Made by a program: the position numbers and the translations under genes. A DNA stretch of 64,000 nt. Origin: Candidatus Saccharimonadales bacterium (GTDB taxonomy: Bacteria > Patescibacteriota > Saccharimonadia > Saccharimonadales > 2-12-FULL-41-12). Below the pieces are notes generated by a model that was not told the origin of the DNA, searched no databases, and saw only the letters and a list, made by a program, of their open reading frames with translations. This document shows positions 19,239-27,799 of this stretch, one piece after another. Where the stretch lies: NCBI GenBank assembly GCA_041906505.1, contig JAYRJB010000007.1, forward strand, positions 18,964 through 82,963, in the 5' to 3' direction. Position 1 is the stretch's first letter; each line of letters starts with the position of its first letter.

Positions 19239-20003
19239 CTAAGGTCGAAGAGTGCCGCCAAAAACTTGCCAAGCAAGAAGGGATTTTGCAACCAAGCTCA
19301 AGATAATGTATGCACGCTCACCGTACAAATAATCCTTCCAGGGGCCAACTTTTTTATACTGAAGCACCATGTTTAGAGCAAAGCAACTAAAGAAAATGAA
19401 GATGGAAACAAATATCCAATACACAAAGGTGGGAGCTCGACTGCCGTTTTCGGCGCCCAACCACATGTAAAGCGCAATCACAAGCCACGGTATAATCCCC
19501 GCAAAACACCCGATGTAGTAACTCAGCCAATTCGTTGTCTTGGTGGTCTGATTGTGGACCTCCATTACGAGTCCCATGAGGTTCATAACTGATGTAAGAA
19601 CAAATATCATTAGCAAACTACTTAGGTCGTACACTCCCACGAGCGCTGCGATCGCAACCATCATCACACTTGCAGAAATCGAATATTCAACCCACCTTAA
19701 TCTATTGATTCCTAGTTTTAGTTCTTTTTCGTATCGCCGATTGTAGCTTGTGGCAATTACAAAATGAAAAATTGCTGAAAGAAAGAAAAACGCTGCAATC
19801 AACCATGGCAACTCAACGCTAAACAAAGCCGTCGTAGTTGGCTGCAGCGACTGAGTTTGTTCATTAAAGAAAAGATAGGTACCAGAAACTGGTATCTCAA
19901 ACGACTTGCTTATTAGGAGGACGATTATGCCCTGCGCGAGGTGCAAAAACCCCGCAATGATGTTCAGCTGTTTTAGTTTTTGCGATGTTATTTTTCTTGC
20001 CAT
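19239..20003 (-). CDS. Heliorhodopsin
   Basis: TM1 GFLHLAQ, TM2 SAIFH, TM3 RWVEYSISA counterion motif, TM7 ERAYIILSLVAKSLLAWQVF retinal Lys; basic N-terminus. Confidence 0.95.
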   Translation of the reverse strand: MARKITSQKLKQLNIIAGFLHLAQGIIVLLISKSFEIPVSGTYLFFNEQTQSLQPTTTALFSVELPWLIAAFFFLSAIFHFVIATSYNRRYEKELKLGINRLRWVEYSISASVMMVAIAALVGVYDLSSLLMIFVLTSVMNLMGLVMEVHNQTTKTTNWLSYYIGCFAGIIPWLVIALYMWLGAENGSRAPTFVYWIFVSIFIFFSCFALNMVLQYKKVGPWKDYLYGERAYIILSLVAKSLLAWQVFGGTLRP

Positions 20004-20071
20004 ATCTCGACTATAACATAAGTACTTTTCATAAAACCAAAATGTGCTTCCACCTAAGAACGGGATGGCAG

Positions 20072-21799
20072 CTAGCGAACCATGTCAGCTATTTTCCAGA
20101 CCTTATCCGCCGCTTTGCCCTCAAATGATCTGGCGATGGTACGAGCAATTCTGGTCACATTCGCGGTAGTTGTAAACTCCCTGTCATTAAACTCTATAGC
20201 CGCCCGTTCACTCGAGGCCCGCATTCGTGCATACTCCTTAGGATCGCTCATAAGCGCTGAGATAATTTCGGCGCCACGCTGCATGTCGTGATCTCGTTTC
20301 TGGTAGTCCAGTACATAGCCCGAAACACCTTCCTGCACTTGTAGCGGCATTCCTCCGTTGTTAAAAACAACCGCTGGAACACCGTGGCGAATCCAGTCGC
20401 TAATTCGCGTTTCGCAACCCTCTGCCTCAGAGGTTTGGACGCCAACAATTTGCGCTGTGTCGCTTCCGTCAAGCCCACCGGTTGGATACATCAAGGCGTT
20501 CATAGCGGTGTAATTATGTCGCAGTCTCATTATCACAATGTCTTCGCTGTCTTCAGAAAATTGCTCCCGCCTAAGACGAAGCATCTCTTCGTACATTGGC
20601 ACCCCGCTTGGATCGTCAACTGAACCATTACCGACCAACACTACTTGTGGTAATTCGTCAGCCTCGTATCCTCTCTGACGAAGAAGCTTTCGTACATCAC
20701 AACCCAACTTCATTGCTTTGTCCATTCCTTTGGATTCGTCAAATCGGGCAACCAGAACAATTCGTTTGCGATTCATGTCAATCCTAGACTGAATATCTTC
20801 CTCTCGCCCTTCGGCGCGAAGTATGGCGTTTTTGGCATCAATTTCAGTATTGATAAATTGCAGTCCTTCATGAATTTCTGAAGGGTTAAGCCTTCGATTT
20901 AGATCGTCAAACGGATCGGTTGTTGCCGGACCAAAATAGGTTTTTTCTGACATACCTGGGTGAATAAACTGCTCTACTGGATGCGCGATGACAGCATCAA
21001 CGTCCTGGATACCACATTGTTGCAAAATATAAGCTGCCACACCTCCTTGTGGCGTCGCGGGATCTGCCATCAGCTCAGCGTGAGTATCAATGTGGTTTCT
21101 CCACAGCCATTTACTGCTTGGCTTCACTGCTTCAGCTAAAAGGGTTTTTAAGGGCGCTGGCTGGGGGTCATCAATGAAAACCACGTCCGCTCGTTGAATT
21201 ACTTCCTGCCGGGACAACACGGCTGCATTCTGAGCATTCCAACTCCAGTGAATGCTCTTATCTTCTTCTGTTAAGAACTCATCTGGTGCGGTACGACGTT
21301 GAGAAATATTATGCATTTTCTTGGTGACCACGAAGGGGTCTGGATCATTTTCACTGCCCCGGCCTTGCATGACATACCAATGGGCGTCAACTCCCAACAA
21401 CTTCAGCATATGGACCACTGGTGGACGCAACATTGCAACCCCACCACCCTCCATTGTTGGATTAATAAACACTATCGACTTTCCGTGAAGTTTCTCAACA
21501 GTGGACACAAGCAACTCCCAATCCTGTTTCGGTGTCAGCTGACGATAATCCTCTAATGAAACATCACTGTCAACCGTTACTTCGTAGGTGTGCTCGTTGC
21601 GGCTAAGGCGATAGACTTCATTGCTTCTGTCAGCCTGCGTTTCTTGTTCCTGTGTACAATCTTGATCCGTAACCAGTCTACCTATTGCACCTGCAACACC
21701 GTTTATCGGTAAATTTTGTTCCTGCTCTTCTGTCAAACACCTCATTAATGGATCAATTTCCTGGAATAATGCTTGGTTACCGTCTAATGGGTGTGACAT
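20072..21799 (-). CDS. GT4 glycosyltransferase, trehalose synthase (TreT)/trehalose phosphorylase-like
   Basis: INPT.EGGGVA, DDPQP, WRNHID, VARFDESKG, DDPSG, GGMPLQV motifs. Confidence 0.8.
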   Translation of the reverse strand: MSHPLDGNQALFQEIDPLMRCLTEEQEQNLPINGVAGAIGRLVTDQDCTQEQETQADRSNEVYRLSRNEHTYEVTVDSDVSLEDYRQLTPKQDWELLVSTVEKLHGKSIVFINPTMEGGGVAMLRPPVVHMLKLLGVDAHWYVMQGRGSENDPDPFVVTKKMHNISQRRTAPDEFLTEEDKSIHWSWNAQNAAVLSRQEVIQRADVVFIDDPQPAPLKTLLAEAVKPSSKWLWRNHIDTHAELMADPATPQGGVAAYILQQCGIQDVDAVIAHPVEQFIHPGMSEKTYFGPATTDPFDDLNRRLNPSEIHEGLQFINTEIDAKNAILRAEGREEDIQSRIDMNRKRIVLVARFDESKGMDKAMKLGCDVRKLLRQRGYEADELPQVVLVGNGSVDDPSGVPMYEEMLRLRREQFSEDSEDIVIMRLRHNYTAMNALMYPTGGLDGSDTAQIVGVQTSEAEGCETRISDWIRHGVPAVVFNNGGMPLQVQEGVSGYVLDYQKRDHDMQRGAEIISALMSDPKEYARMRASSERAAIEFNDREFTTTANVTRIARTIARSFEGKAADKVWKIADMVR

Positions 21800-21920
21800 A
21801 TTGTTGCCGTTTTGGTCTTTGTTTGGTTGTTTACATGTTTATTTTTGCTTTCGTACCACTAATTATACGACTATTGTCAATAGCACTACAAAAAAGTTGT
21901 ATATTTACTTGCACAAATAC

Positions 21921-21959
21921 TGTAACGAGTGTTACATTATGTTTGTAACGAGTGTTACA
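21921..21959. promoter_or_regulatory. Tandem palindromic operator (2 x TGTAACGAGTGTTACA), likely the TetR binding site
   Basis: Identical 16-bp sequences at 21921-21936 and 21944-21959, each TGTAAC-N4-GTTACA, just before the tetR start and between divergent genes. Confidence 0.85.
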
Positions 21960-21964
21960 AAATT

Positions 21965-22558
21965 ATGACAATAACAACCCGCCAGACCATCCTAACTACA
22001 TCAAAACAACTCTTTGCACGCCATGGGTATGAAGGGTTCTCTATGCGTACTCTTTCTAGTCAAAGTGGTGTTGGATTGTCTAGTGTGTACCACTTCTTCT
22101 CTGATAAGAACGAGATTCTAAAGGAACTTTTTGACAAAACCAACACCGAACTAGGAGAAGCCCGCAAAAAGCTTCCTAAAAAAACCTCTGCCAGCGACAT
22201 GCTGCTACAGAGAATCGTGTTTCAATTTCAGCACATCGAGGACGTAGTTTTTGTACTAAAATACTATCTCCACTTCCGGCCAAAGTTCCTAAAGGTTGAT
22301 TCTGGCTATATTCCAAAAAAAGGCTATCTACATATCGAAGAAGTGCTCCAAGTTGGCGTACGAACAAAAGAGTTCACGATAGACCCTTCCGAGATTGATG
22401 AGCAAGCAAAGATTATCACCCACGCCATCAACGGATTTCTGCTCGAGTACTATCCAAAAACCCTTCGGGGACACGAGCTTACCACAGTCGCCAGACCAAT
22501 CCACGCGTTTCTGCTTCGCAGCTTAACCAATAAGGAGGTTGTTATGAGAAAGCAATAA
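21965..22558 (+). CDS. TetR/AcrR family transcriptional regulator
   Basis: LF.RHGYEGFSMR.L....GV...S.YH.F.DK helix-turn-helix. Confidence 0.92.
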   Translation: MTITTRQTILTTSKQLFARHGYEGFSMRTLSSQSGVGLSSVYHFFSDKNEILKELFDKTNTELGEARKKLPKKTSASDMLLQRIVFQFQHIEDVVFVLKYYLHFRPKFLKVDSGYIPKKGYLHIEEVLQVGVRTKEFTIDPSEIDEQAKIITHAINGFLLEYYPKTLRGHELTTVARPIHAFLLRSLTNKEVVMRKQ

Positions 22559-22605
22559 CTTGAGCATCTATTATTGGGGTAAATCATTATAAGGGAGAAC
22601 AAGAC

Positions 22606-23184
22606 ATGGAAAAGAGTAAATCAACAGGACTTATCATCGGCCTCGTTGCCTTAGTTGTAATCGTAGGTGGTGTGCTTTGGGCAGTAAATCGAGACGATAA
22701 TAAAAAAACCGAAACAACAACTCAATCGCAACAGACACAAACTACCGAGAAGAAAGCAACCGCTAATATTGTGGTGTTGGCCTCGGACACACCAACACTT
22801 TCAACCCTTGTTACAGCGGTTAAGGCAGCAAATTTGGTTGAGACCCTCCAAGGCACTGGTCCATTCACCGTGTTTGCACCAACCAACAGCGCATTTGAAG
22901 CTTTGCCTGCCGGCACGCTTGATAATCTGTTGAAGCCAGAAAACGTAGAACAACTCAAGTCGATTTTGACCTATCACGTGGTCTCTGGAAAAGTAATGGC
23001 CGCTGATCTTAAGGACGGTCAAGAAATTACCACTGTTCAAGGTGGAAAACTCGTCGTAAAGATAACTGACGGAAAGGTCTATCTTGTTGATGCGAAGGGT
23101 AACCAAGTGATGGTTGAAAAAGCAGATGTCGATGCCAGTAACGGCGTTGTACATATAATAAACGGGGTACTGCTTCCTCAGTAA
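22606..23184 (+). CDS. Fasciclin (FAS1) domain protein with N-terminal anchor
   Basis: GPFTVFAPTNSAF, ILTYHVV, NGVVHIINGVL motifs. Confidence 0.95.
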   Translation: MEKSKSTGLIIGLVALVVIVGGVLWAVNRDDNKKTETTTQSQQTQTTEKKATANIVVLASDTPTLSTLVTAVKAANLVETLQGTGPFTVFAPTNSAFEALPAGTLDNLLKPENVEQLKSILTYHVVSGKVMAADLKDGQEITTVQGGKLVVKITDGKVYLVDAKGNQVMVEKADVDASNGVVHIINGVLLPQ

Positions 23185-23204
23185 TAAATCTACAAATAAA
23201 CACT

Positions 23205-23240
23205 ATTAGCCCAGCCTCGAAAGAGACTGGGCTAATTTCT
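23205..23240. terminator. Terminator between fasciclin and the convergent gene
   Basis: ATTAGCCCAG...CTGGGCTAAT inverted repeat followed by T-rich sequence. Confidence 0.75.
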
Positions 23241-23267
23241 TTCTATAGACCAAAGGTGTCGAGGCCC

Positions 23268-23603
23268 TTACACCTTACGTTTTGACGAACGCTGCTTGCG
23301 ACGGCTTCCGTGGGACCCACCAAAAATAATGCTTATACCAAACACATATCCAAGGTTATACCAATTGCCAGAATTTGGCGATTGGTAAATCGTTACCGTG
23401 TCAGCAAATAAACTCCAAAAGAACGTTGGCACGATGAAGATTCCATGCACAAAACCCCAAAAGAAATTCGTGTACACAGTTGAATAGGTATGCGGAATCA
23501 CCGTTTGGGCATACCAAACGAACAAGCCAATAAAGACTATGGCCATCAATATGGAGGCTATTACTCCACCAACAATCATTTTCGTCCGTTTTCCGCCACT
23601 CAT
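23268..23603 (-). CDS. Hypothetical membrane protein
   Basis: FFWGFVHG..IYQSPNSGNWYNLGY pattern typical of a small conserved membrane family. Confidence 0.7.
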   Translation of the reverse strand: MSGGKRTKMIVGGVIASILMAIVFIGLFVWYAQTVIPHTYSTVYTNFFWGFVHGIFIVPTFFWSLFADTVTIYQSPNSGNWYNLGYVFGISIIFGGSHGSRRKQRSSKRKV

Positions 23604-23735
23604 ACTCGAAGTATATCAAACTTTTTTGACAATCAAACATACTGCCAAAGTCTTTTATCGGCCACATTAGGAGGCTCAAAAATGATGCTCTTTTACCGGA
23701 TTATGGTATAGAATTAGATAGAAGGAGAGTTGATT

Positions 23736-23990
23736 ATGGCGAAACAAATGTGTCAAAGTTGTGGCCGGCCCCTCAAAGACGAGATCAAGGGTACCGAGAA
23801 AGATGGCTCTTTGTCGGAAAAATATTGCAACTTGTGTTACGAAAACGGCGCTTTTATTAACCCCGATATGACACTCGAGCAGATGCAAGAAACCTGCGTG
23901 AAGGCCATGCAAGAAATGCATTTTCCAAAATTTTTGGCAAAGCGAATCGCAAAAGCTCAATTACCAAAGCTTGAACGCTGGAGTCAGTAA
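23736..23990 (+). CDS. Zinc ribbon protein (Zn_ribbon_2-like)
   Basis: CQSCGRPL...GTEKDGS.SEKYC.LCY.NG.F...LP.LERW; AAGGAG RBS. Confidence 0.88.
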   Translation: MAKQMCQSCGRPLKDEIKGTEKDGSLSEKYCNLCYENGAFINPDMTLEQMQETCVKAMQEMHFPKFLAKRIAKAQLPKLERWSQ

Positions 23991-24022
23991 CATTTCTGAG
24001 AAATTATATAGCAAGCTCAAAC

Positions 24023-24226
24023 ATGGTTGGTTTTGTCGTGCGCGTCAATAAGGCAACCCTCAAAATTATCGCTCTTTTAGGAAATTGCTTGTTTGTGTTT
24101 TGGATTTTAGCAAACGGCGTTAATGAGGGCTTTACAGGAACTCGAGTAGAGGTTGCATCCTACTTGGCACTAGTTGTCTTGTTGCTTCTCAATGTGTATC
24201 TTCTCTACCCAAGCGACAAATCCTAA
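24023..24226 (+). CDS. Small hypothetical membrane protein
   Basis: 67-aa ORF with two TM helices. Confidence 0.5.
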   Translation: MVGFVVRVNKATLKIIALLGNCLFVFWILANGVNEGFTGTRVEVASYLALVVLLLLNVYLLYPSDKS

Positions 24227-24258
24227 ACACACCTATCTCGAAGGTGAAGCCAGCAAAA

Positions 24259-24675
24259 CTAATAGTTCTTTTTCATTGTTAAATATGAGTCGGAGATGAT
24301 TTTTTTAAGAACCTCCAGATTTATGTCTGACAATCGATTTATATAAAGACAAGAAACGCTTGTTTTGTGTTTGCCCAGCTTTGCGAGCTCTTTTTTATAC
24401 TTGCTAAATCCAGGAATAATATAGATGGCGAGGTTTTGCTTTCGAGGCGAAAAACCCGTCATCATCCAGTCGCCCTCCTGCGAGCTTCTCTCAGACTTAT
24501 AGTGATAACTGCCGTAACCAACAATACTCTTGCCCCACATAGCGGGTTTTTCTCCAATACATTCGTCAAATATTTCTAAGAGTTTTAGGCCATCCAGCCT
24601 TTTGGAATCATTGTCAATTGAATTAATAAAATCCTCGACACTTGCATCATTCTTCTGGGTTTTTAGCTCAGCCAT
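24259..24675 (-). CDS. DUF1801 (YdhG-like) protein
   Basis: MAELKT...P.MWG.SIVGYG.YHY...GFSPRK..L.IY...LGKHK...SCLYI. Confidence 0.88.
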   Translation of the reverse strand: MAELKTQKNDASVEDFINSIDNDSKRLDGLKLLEIFDECIGEKPAMWGKSIVGYGSYHYKSERSSQEGDWMMTGFSPRKQNLAIYIIPGFSKYKKELAKLGKHKTSVSCLYINRLSDINLEVLKKIISDSYLTMKKNY

Positions 24676-24727
24676 AATGTCATTGTAGCAAAACATAGAA
24701 ACTAGTCGTCCTCGTTTTTGCCGAACT

Positions 24728-24935
24728 TGGAGGACCAGGAGGGACTCGACTTTGTCGCAAATCAAACTTAGATTTGCTTAACAAACCCCTCACGGGGCTA
24801 AAGGCGGTCAACTGCCACCGGCAGTTGCCGTTCGAGTTCCACGAAACTGAAGACTTTCAGTTTCTTCTTGGCTGCCAATTAAAAAACCCACCAGTTCTGG
24901 TGGAATTTTTAATTGGAGGGCCAGGAGGGACTCGA
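24728..24935 (-). repeat. tRNA-Lys 3'-end direct repeat (22 nt, 1 mismatch; 24728-24749 vs 24914-24935) enclosing a multi-hairpin element
   Basis: TGGAGGACCAGGAGGGACTCGA vs TGGAGGGCCAGGAGGGACTCGA; hairpins GCAAATC/GATTTGC, CCCC/GGGG, CAACTGCC/GGCAGTTG, GAAACTGA/TCAGTTTC. Confidence 0.85.
24877..24914 (-). terminator. Terminator after tRNA-Lys
   Basis: AATTAAAAA.CCCACCAG-tt-CTGGTGG.ATTTTTAATT inverted repeat. Confidence 0.75.
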
Positions 24936-24990
24936 ACCCTCGACACCCTGCTTAAGAGGCAGGTGCTCTAACCAGCTGAGCTACTGGCCC
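24914..24990 (-). tRNA. tRNA-Lys(CTT)
   Basis: GGGCCAGTAGCTCAGCTGGTTAGAGCACCTGCCTCTTAAGCAGGGTGTCGAGGGTTCGAGTCCCTCCTGGCCCTCCA cloverleaf. Confidence 0.97.
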
Positions 24991-25064
24991 GTAAACTTTT
25001 TTTGAATTTTATGAGAAACCGTGTTTGTATACGCACAGAATAGTAACAAACTACCTCTGTTTTA

Positions 25065-25598
25065 TCAAGATTTTTCCAGTTGTAGCAGTTTGTTCGCCCT
25101 TTTTGCAACCGAGCCGTGTTTGCTGTCCAACATCTTTTCTAAAACCGGTAGAATCCACTCTCTCAAAGACTGGTCACCCTCTGACCAATCAAATAACACT
25201 TGCATCGTGGTGTTTTGAACTATCCAATCATCGCTTTCTATCAAATTACGTTTCATTATTTCGGTTGCACTTTGTATCTGGGCTGGACTCATTTGAGCTC
25301 GTAGCATGCCGAATAGTTGTGCGAGCGTCCATTTGGTCGAGGCTTGGTCAATTTTAGATATGTCACTTATCAATCTGTCGACATATGGCACGAGCCAGTC
25401 TGGTTGCTCCCTGCACACTCTTTTTAAGCCGTTGGAAACCCGAAGTCTGACAACCTCATCAGAAGAAAAATAACAACTATATAAATCTTCGAGCCGACTT
25501 TGGTCAGCCAAAACTAGATCTACAACCTCTATCGTTCTACCAAGCGAGTTTGGATGTCCCCCACTAAGCATTGCCTCAAAATTTGGATCCGGCCTCAT
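25065..25598 (-). CDS. HEAT/ARM-repeat-like hypothetical protein
   Basis: LSGGHPNSLGRT...DEVVRLR...DDWIVQN; helical repeat pattern. Confidence 0.75.
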   Translation of the reverse strand: MRPDPNFEAMLSGGHPNSLGRTIEVVDLVLADQSRLEDLYSCYFSSDEVVRLRVSNGLKRVCREQPDWLVPYVDRLISDISKIDQASTKWTLAQLFGMLRAQMSPAQIQSATEIMKRNLIESDDWIVQNTTMQVLFDWSEGDQSLREWILPVLEKMLDSKHGSVAKRANKLLQLEKS

Positions 25599-25635
25599 AC
25601 AAAAATACTAACAAATAACAAGGCCGAAGCGCGAG

Positions 25636-26574
25636 CTATATTTCTTTTTCTTCAAGAATTTGATCAAGCAATGCCATTCTAATGTATAGACCGTTGCCTG
25701 CTTGTCGAAAATATTTCGCACGCGGGTCATTGTCAATCGCAGGGTCTATCTCGCCCCCTCTCGGTAGCGGATGCATAATAACTGCATGTTCCTCCGGAAG
25801 CACTTCTAGCGCTGAGGTATCAATTGTGAAGTTGGTATCCGTAACCAAATTAGGGTGCTCAAGTCGTTCTTTTTGCATACGTGTCCAATACACAATGTCA
25901 GCCGTCCTAAGCGCGTCGTACACTTCTACCGTTTCTCGGTATTCTACGTCGTGTTCGTCGAGTTTTGCCTTTACATCATCCTCCATTTGTAGCTCTGGAA
26001 CGGAGACGAATGTAATAGAATTGTTTTCGTATTTGGCTAGTAGTTGCGCCAACGAGCGAACAGTGCGCCCATACTTTAGATCGCCACCCATCACCACGTG
26101 TAAGTTGTCGAGGCGCCCTTGGGTTGTTTGAATAGTGTGCATATCAAGAAGCGCTTGGGTCGGGTGTTCGCCTTTTCCGTCACCGGCATTAATTATGGGA
26201 ACGTTACTGACCGCCGCCGCTTTATTGGCAGATCCTGTCTCTGGGTGTCGCAGGACTATGGCATCAAAATTATACTCGTTTAAAACCCTAATCGTGTCTT
26301 CTATGGTTTCACCTTTTGCAGCAGAGGAAAACTCTCCGCCATTTTCGGTGCTTACCACACCAATGCCAAACTTTACGGCAGCTTGCTCAAAGCTCACTCG
26401 AGTCCTGGTTGAGGGCTCATAGAAAAAACTGCATAATTGTCTGCCAATATGTCGAAAGGCAAGTTCCCTTCGAGAGCCATAGCCAGCACTGTCAGCTTCT
26501 CGTAAGGCCGATGCCCGCTCAAAAATAACTTCTAGTGCTGGTGGATCGAATTGTTCGGCAGAGAGTACATGCAT
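25636..26574 (-). CDS. pyrB: Aspartate carbamoyltransferase catalytic subunit
   Basis: FYEPSTRTRVSF, KGETIEDT, NAGDG..EHPTQ, GDLKYGRTV.S, RMQKER, HPLP motifs. Confidence 0.96.
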   Translation of the reverse strand: MHVLSAEQFDPPALEVIFERASALREADSAGYGSRRELAFRHIGRQLCSFFYEPSTRTRVSFEQAAVKFGIGVVSTENGGEFSSAAKGETIEDTIRVLNEYNFDAIVLRHPETGSANKAAAVSNVPIINAGDGKGEHPTQALLDMHTIQTTQGRLDNLHVVMGGDLKYGRTVRSLAQLLAKYENNSITFVSVPELQMEDDVKAKLDEHDVEYRETVEVYDALRTADIVYWTRMQKERLEHPNLVTDTNFTIDTSALEVLPEEHAVIMHPLPRGGEIDPAIDNDPRAKYFRQAGNGLYIRMALLDQILEEKEI

Positions 26575-26656
26575 TAAGTGTAGTTATAGCAAACTTATTT
26601 CCAAGAACATATTGCTAAAGCTTGGTTCACACAATTTTCTGCGATTGGAGCAATGT

Positions 26657-27058
26657 TCACTTTGGAGGTTTTATCGATTTAATCCATATAGGTGACATAT
26701 CATTAGGGTTACCATAGTTATAATTAACAGTCACTTCTTCGTCTTTTTCAATATTTTTTATAGCAATAAATTCTACAGTTCTATCAGCGAGATGCTTTTT
26801 GTAAGTTGCGTTGGGCCTATAAGAGTGGTTGTAAATTGATCCAAACCCAAGTGCAATTGCCGCATCTGGTTGTTTTTCCCAAAGAAAATAATAATTGTAA
26901 AGTTCGCTTTGTCTGAGTTTTTCTCCCTCGCCCTTAAGCAATACCACAGGGCTAATCTCAATTGTTTCACCTTCTTTGATTGGTGTAGACGCAAAAATTC
27001 CACGTCCTGCGCCCTTAATCTTTGAACTATCGAGGTAAATTTTTTGAGAAAGTTTCAT
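26657..27058 (-). CDS. SET domain lysine methyltransferase-like protein
   Basis: GAGRGIFA, IYNHSYRPN, EEVTVNY motifs; the longer ORF start lies inside tRNA-Arg. Confidence 0.9.
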   Translation of the reverse strand: MKLSQKIYLDSSKIKGAGRGIFASTPIKEGETIEISPVVLLKGEGEKLRQSELYNYYFLWEKQPDAAIALGFGSIYNHSYRPNATYKKHLADRTVEFIAIKNIEKDEEVTVNYNYGNPNDMSPIWIKSIKPPK

Positions 27059-27072
27059 AATACTTATAGCTG

Positions 27073-27149
27073 TGGTACCCGCGGCAAGATTCGAACTTGC
27101 GACCAACTGGTTCGAAGCCAGCTACTCTAATCCACTGAGCTACGCGGGC
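27073..27149 (-). tRNA. tRNA-Arg(TCG)
   Basis: GCCCGCGTAGCTCAGTGGATTAGAGTAGCTGGCTTCGAACCAGTTGGTCGCAAGTTCGAATCTTGCCGCGGGTACCA. Confidence 0.94.
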
Positions 27150-27194
27150 TCAACAATATGACCATTATATCTTCAATCGCGATTTTAGAAAAAA

Positions 27195-27746
27195 CTACTT
27201 TATGTCTTGTTCGGGAGATTTAAGAAGTTTTTGACGCTTGCTGTCGTCGTGTTGCTTGAGAGTGTTTTGCAAAACTTCTATAACTTTTTCGGCGTGCTCT
27301 CGACTCATCCCAACCCGACTTACGCCAACCGGCTGATGGCCGCTAGCAGGCGTCTGCATAAACTGTAATGTCACGCCGTGGTCATTCACAGTCGCGTGCA
27401 TTGTATCGGTATATACGACCTTATTATCGACAGGTAGATACATAACAACTTGCTTCATCAGCATGTCTTCGATACCACTCGACAAAGCTTCTCCCGCTTG
27501 ATCCAGCTGACTTTCGGCTAGATCACGAAGGTCTTGGGCTTGGTCCTCTGTAAGCAAAAAATGGCTAATAAGCATGTCAAGTAGTTCCTTGGCAGGGAGT
27601 GTCGTTCCAGATTCAATTGCGAGTAGTGTTGATTCGTCGATTTCGAGTGTCCCTGAAACATCCTGGACTGTTTGTTGCCATTGTTCTCGGAGGAATTTTA
27701 GGCGGGCACCTAAAGCCTGGTACGGCTCATGATTTTGCTCACTCAT
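27195..27746 (-). CDS. XRE-type HTH protein fused to a DUF3467-like C-terminal domain
   Basis: LG.RLK.LRE...IESG..LP N-terminus; VVYTD...V.LQF...VSRVGMSREHA C-terminus. Confidence 0.7.
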   Translation of the reverse strand: MSEQNHEPYQALGARLKFLREQWQQTVQDVSGTLEIDESTLLAIESGTTLPAKELLDMLISHFLLTEDQAQDLRDLAESQLDQAGEALSSGIEDMLMKQVVMYLPVDNKVVYTDTMHATVNDHGVTLQFMQTPASGHQPVGVSRVGMSREHAEKVIEVLQNTLKQHDDSKRQKLLKSPEQDIK

Positions 27747-27799
27747 GTACATATATACTACGCCCCTTTTTTGACCAATACAAGCTATAATGAGCAAGT

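Noticed and set aside
24774-24971. Short ORFs overlapping tRNAs (also 31883-32089, 40261-40582, 43839-44102)
   Set aside because: They are translations of tRNA sequence, not proteins
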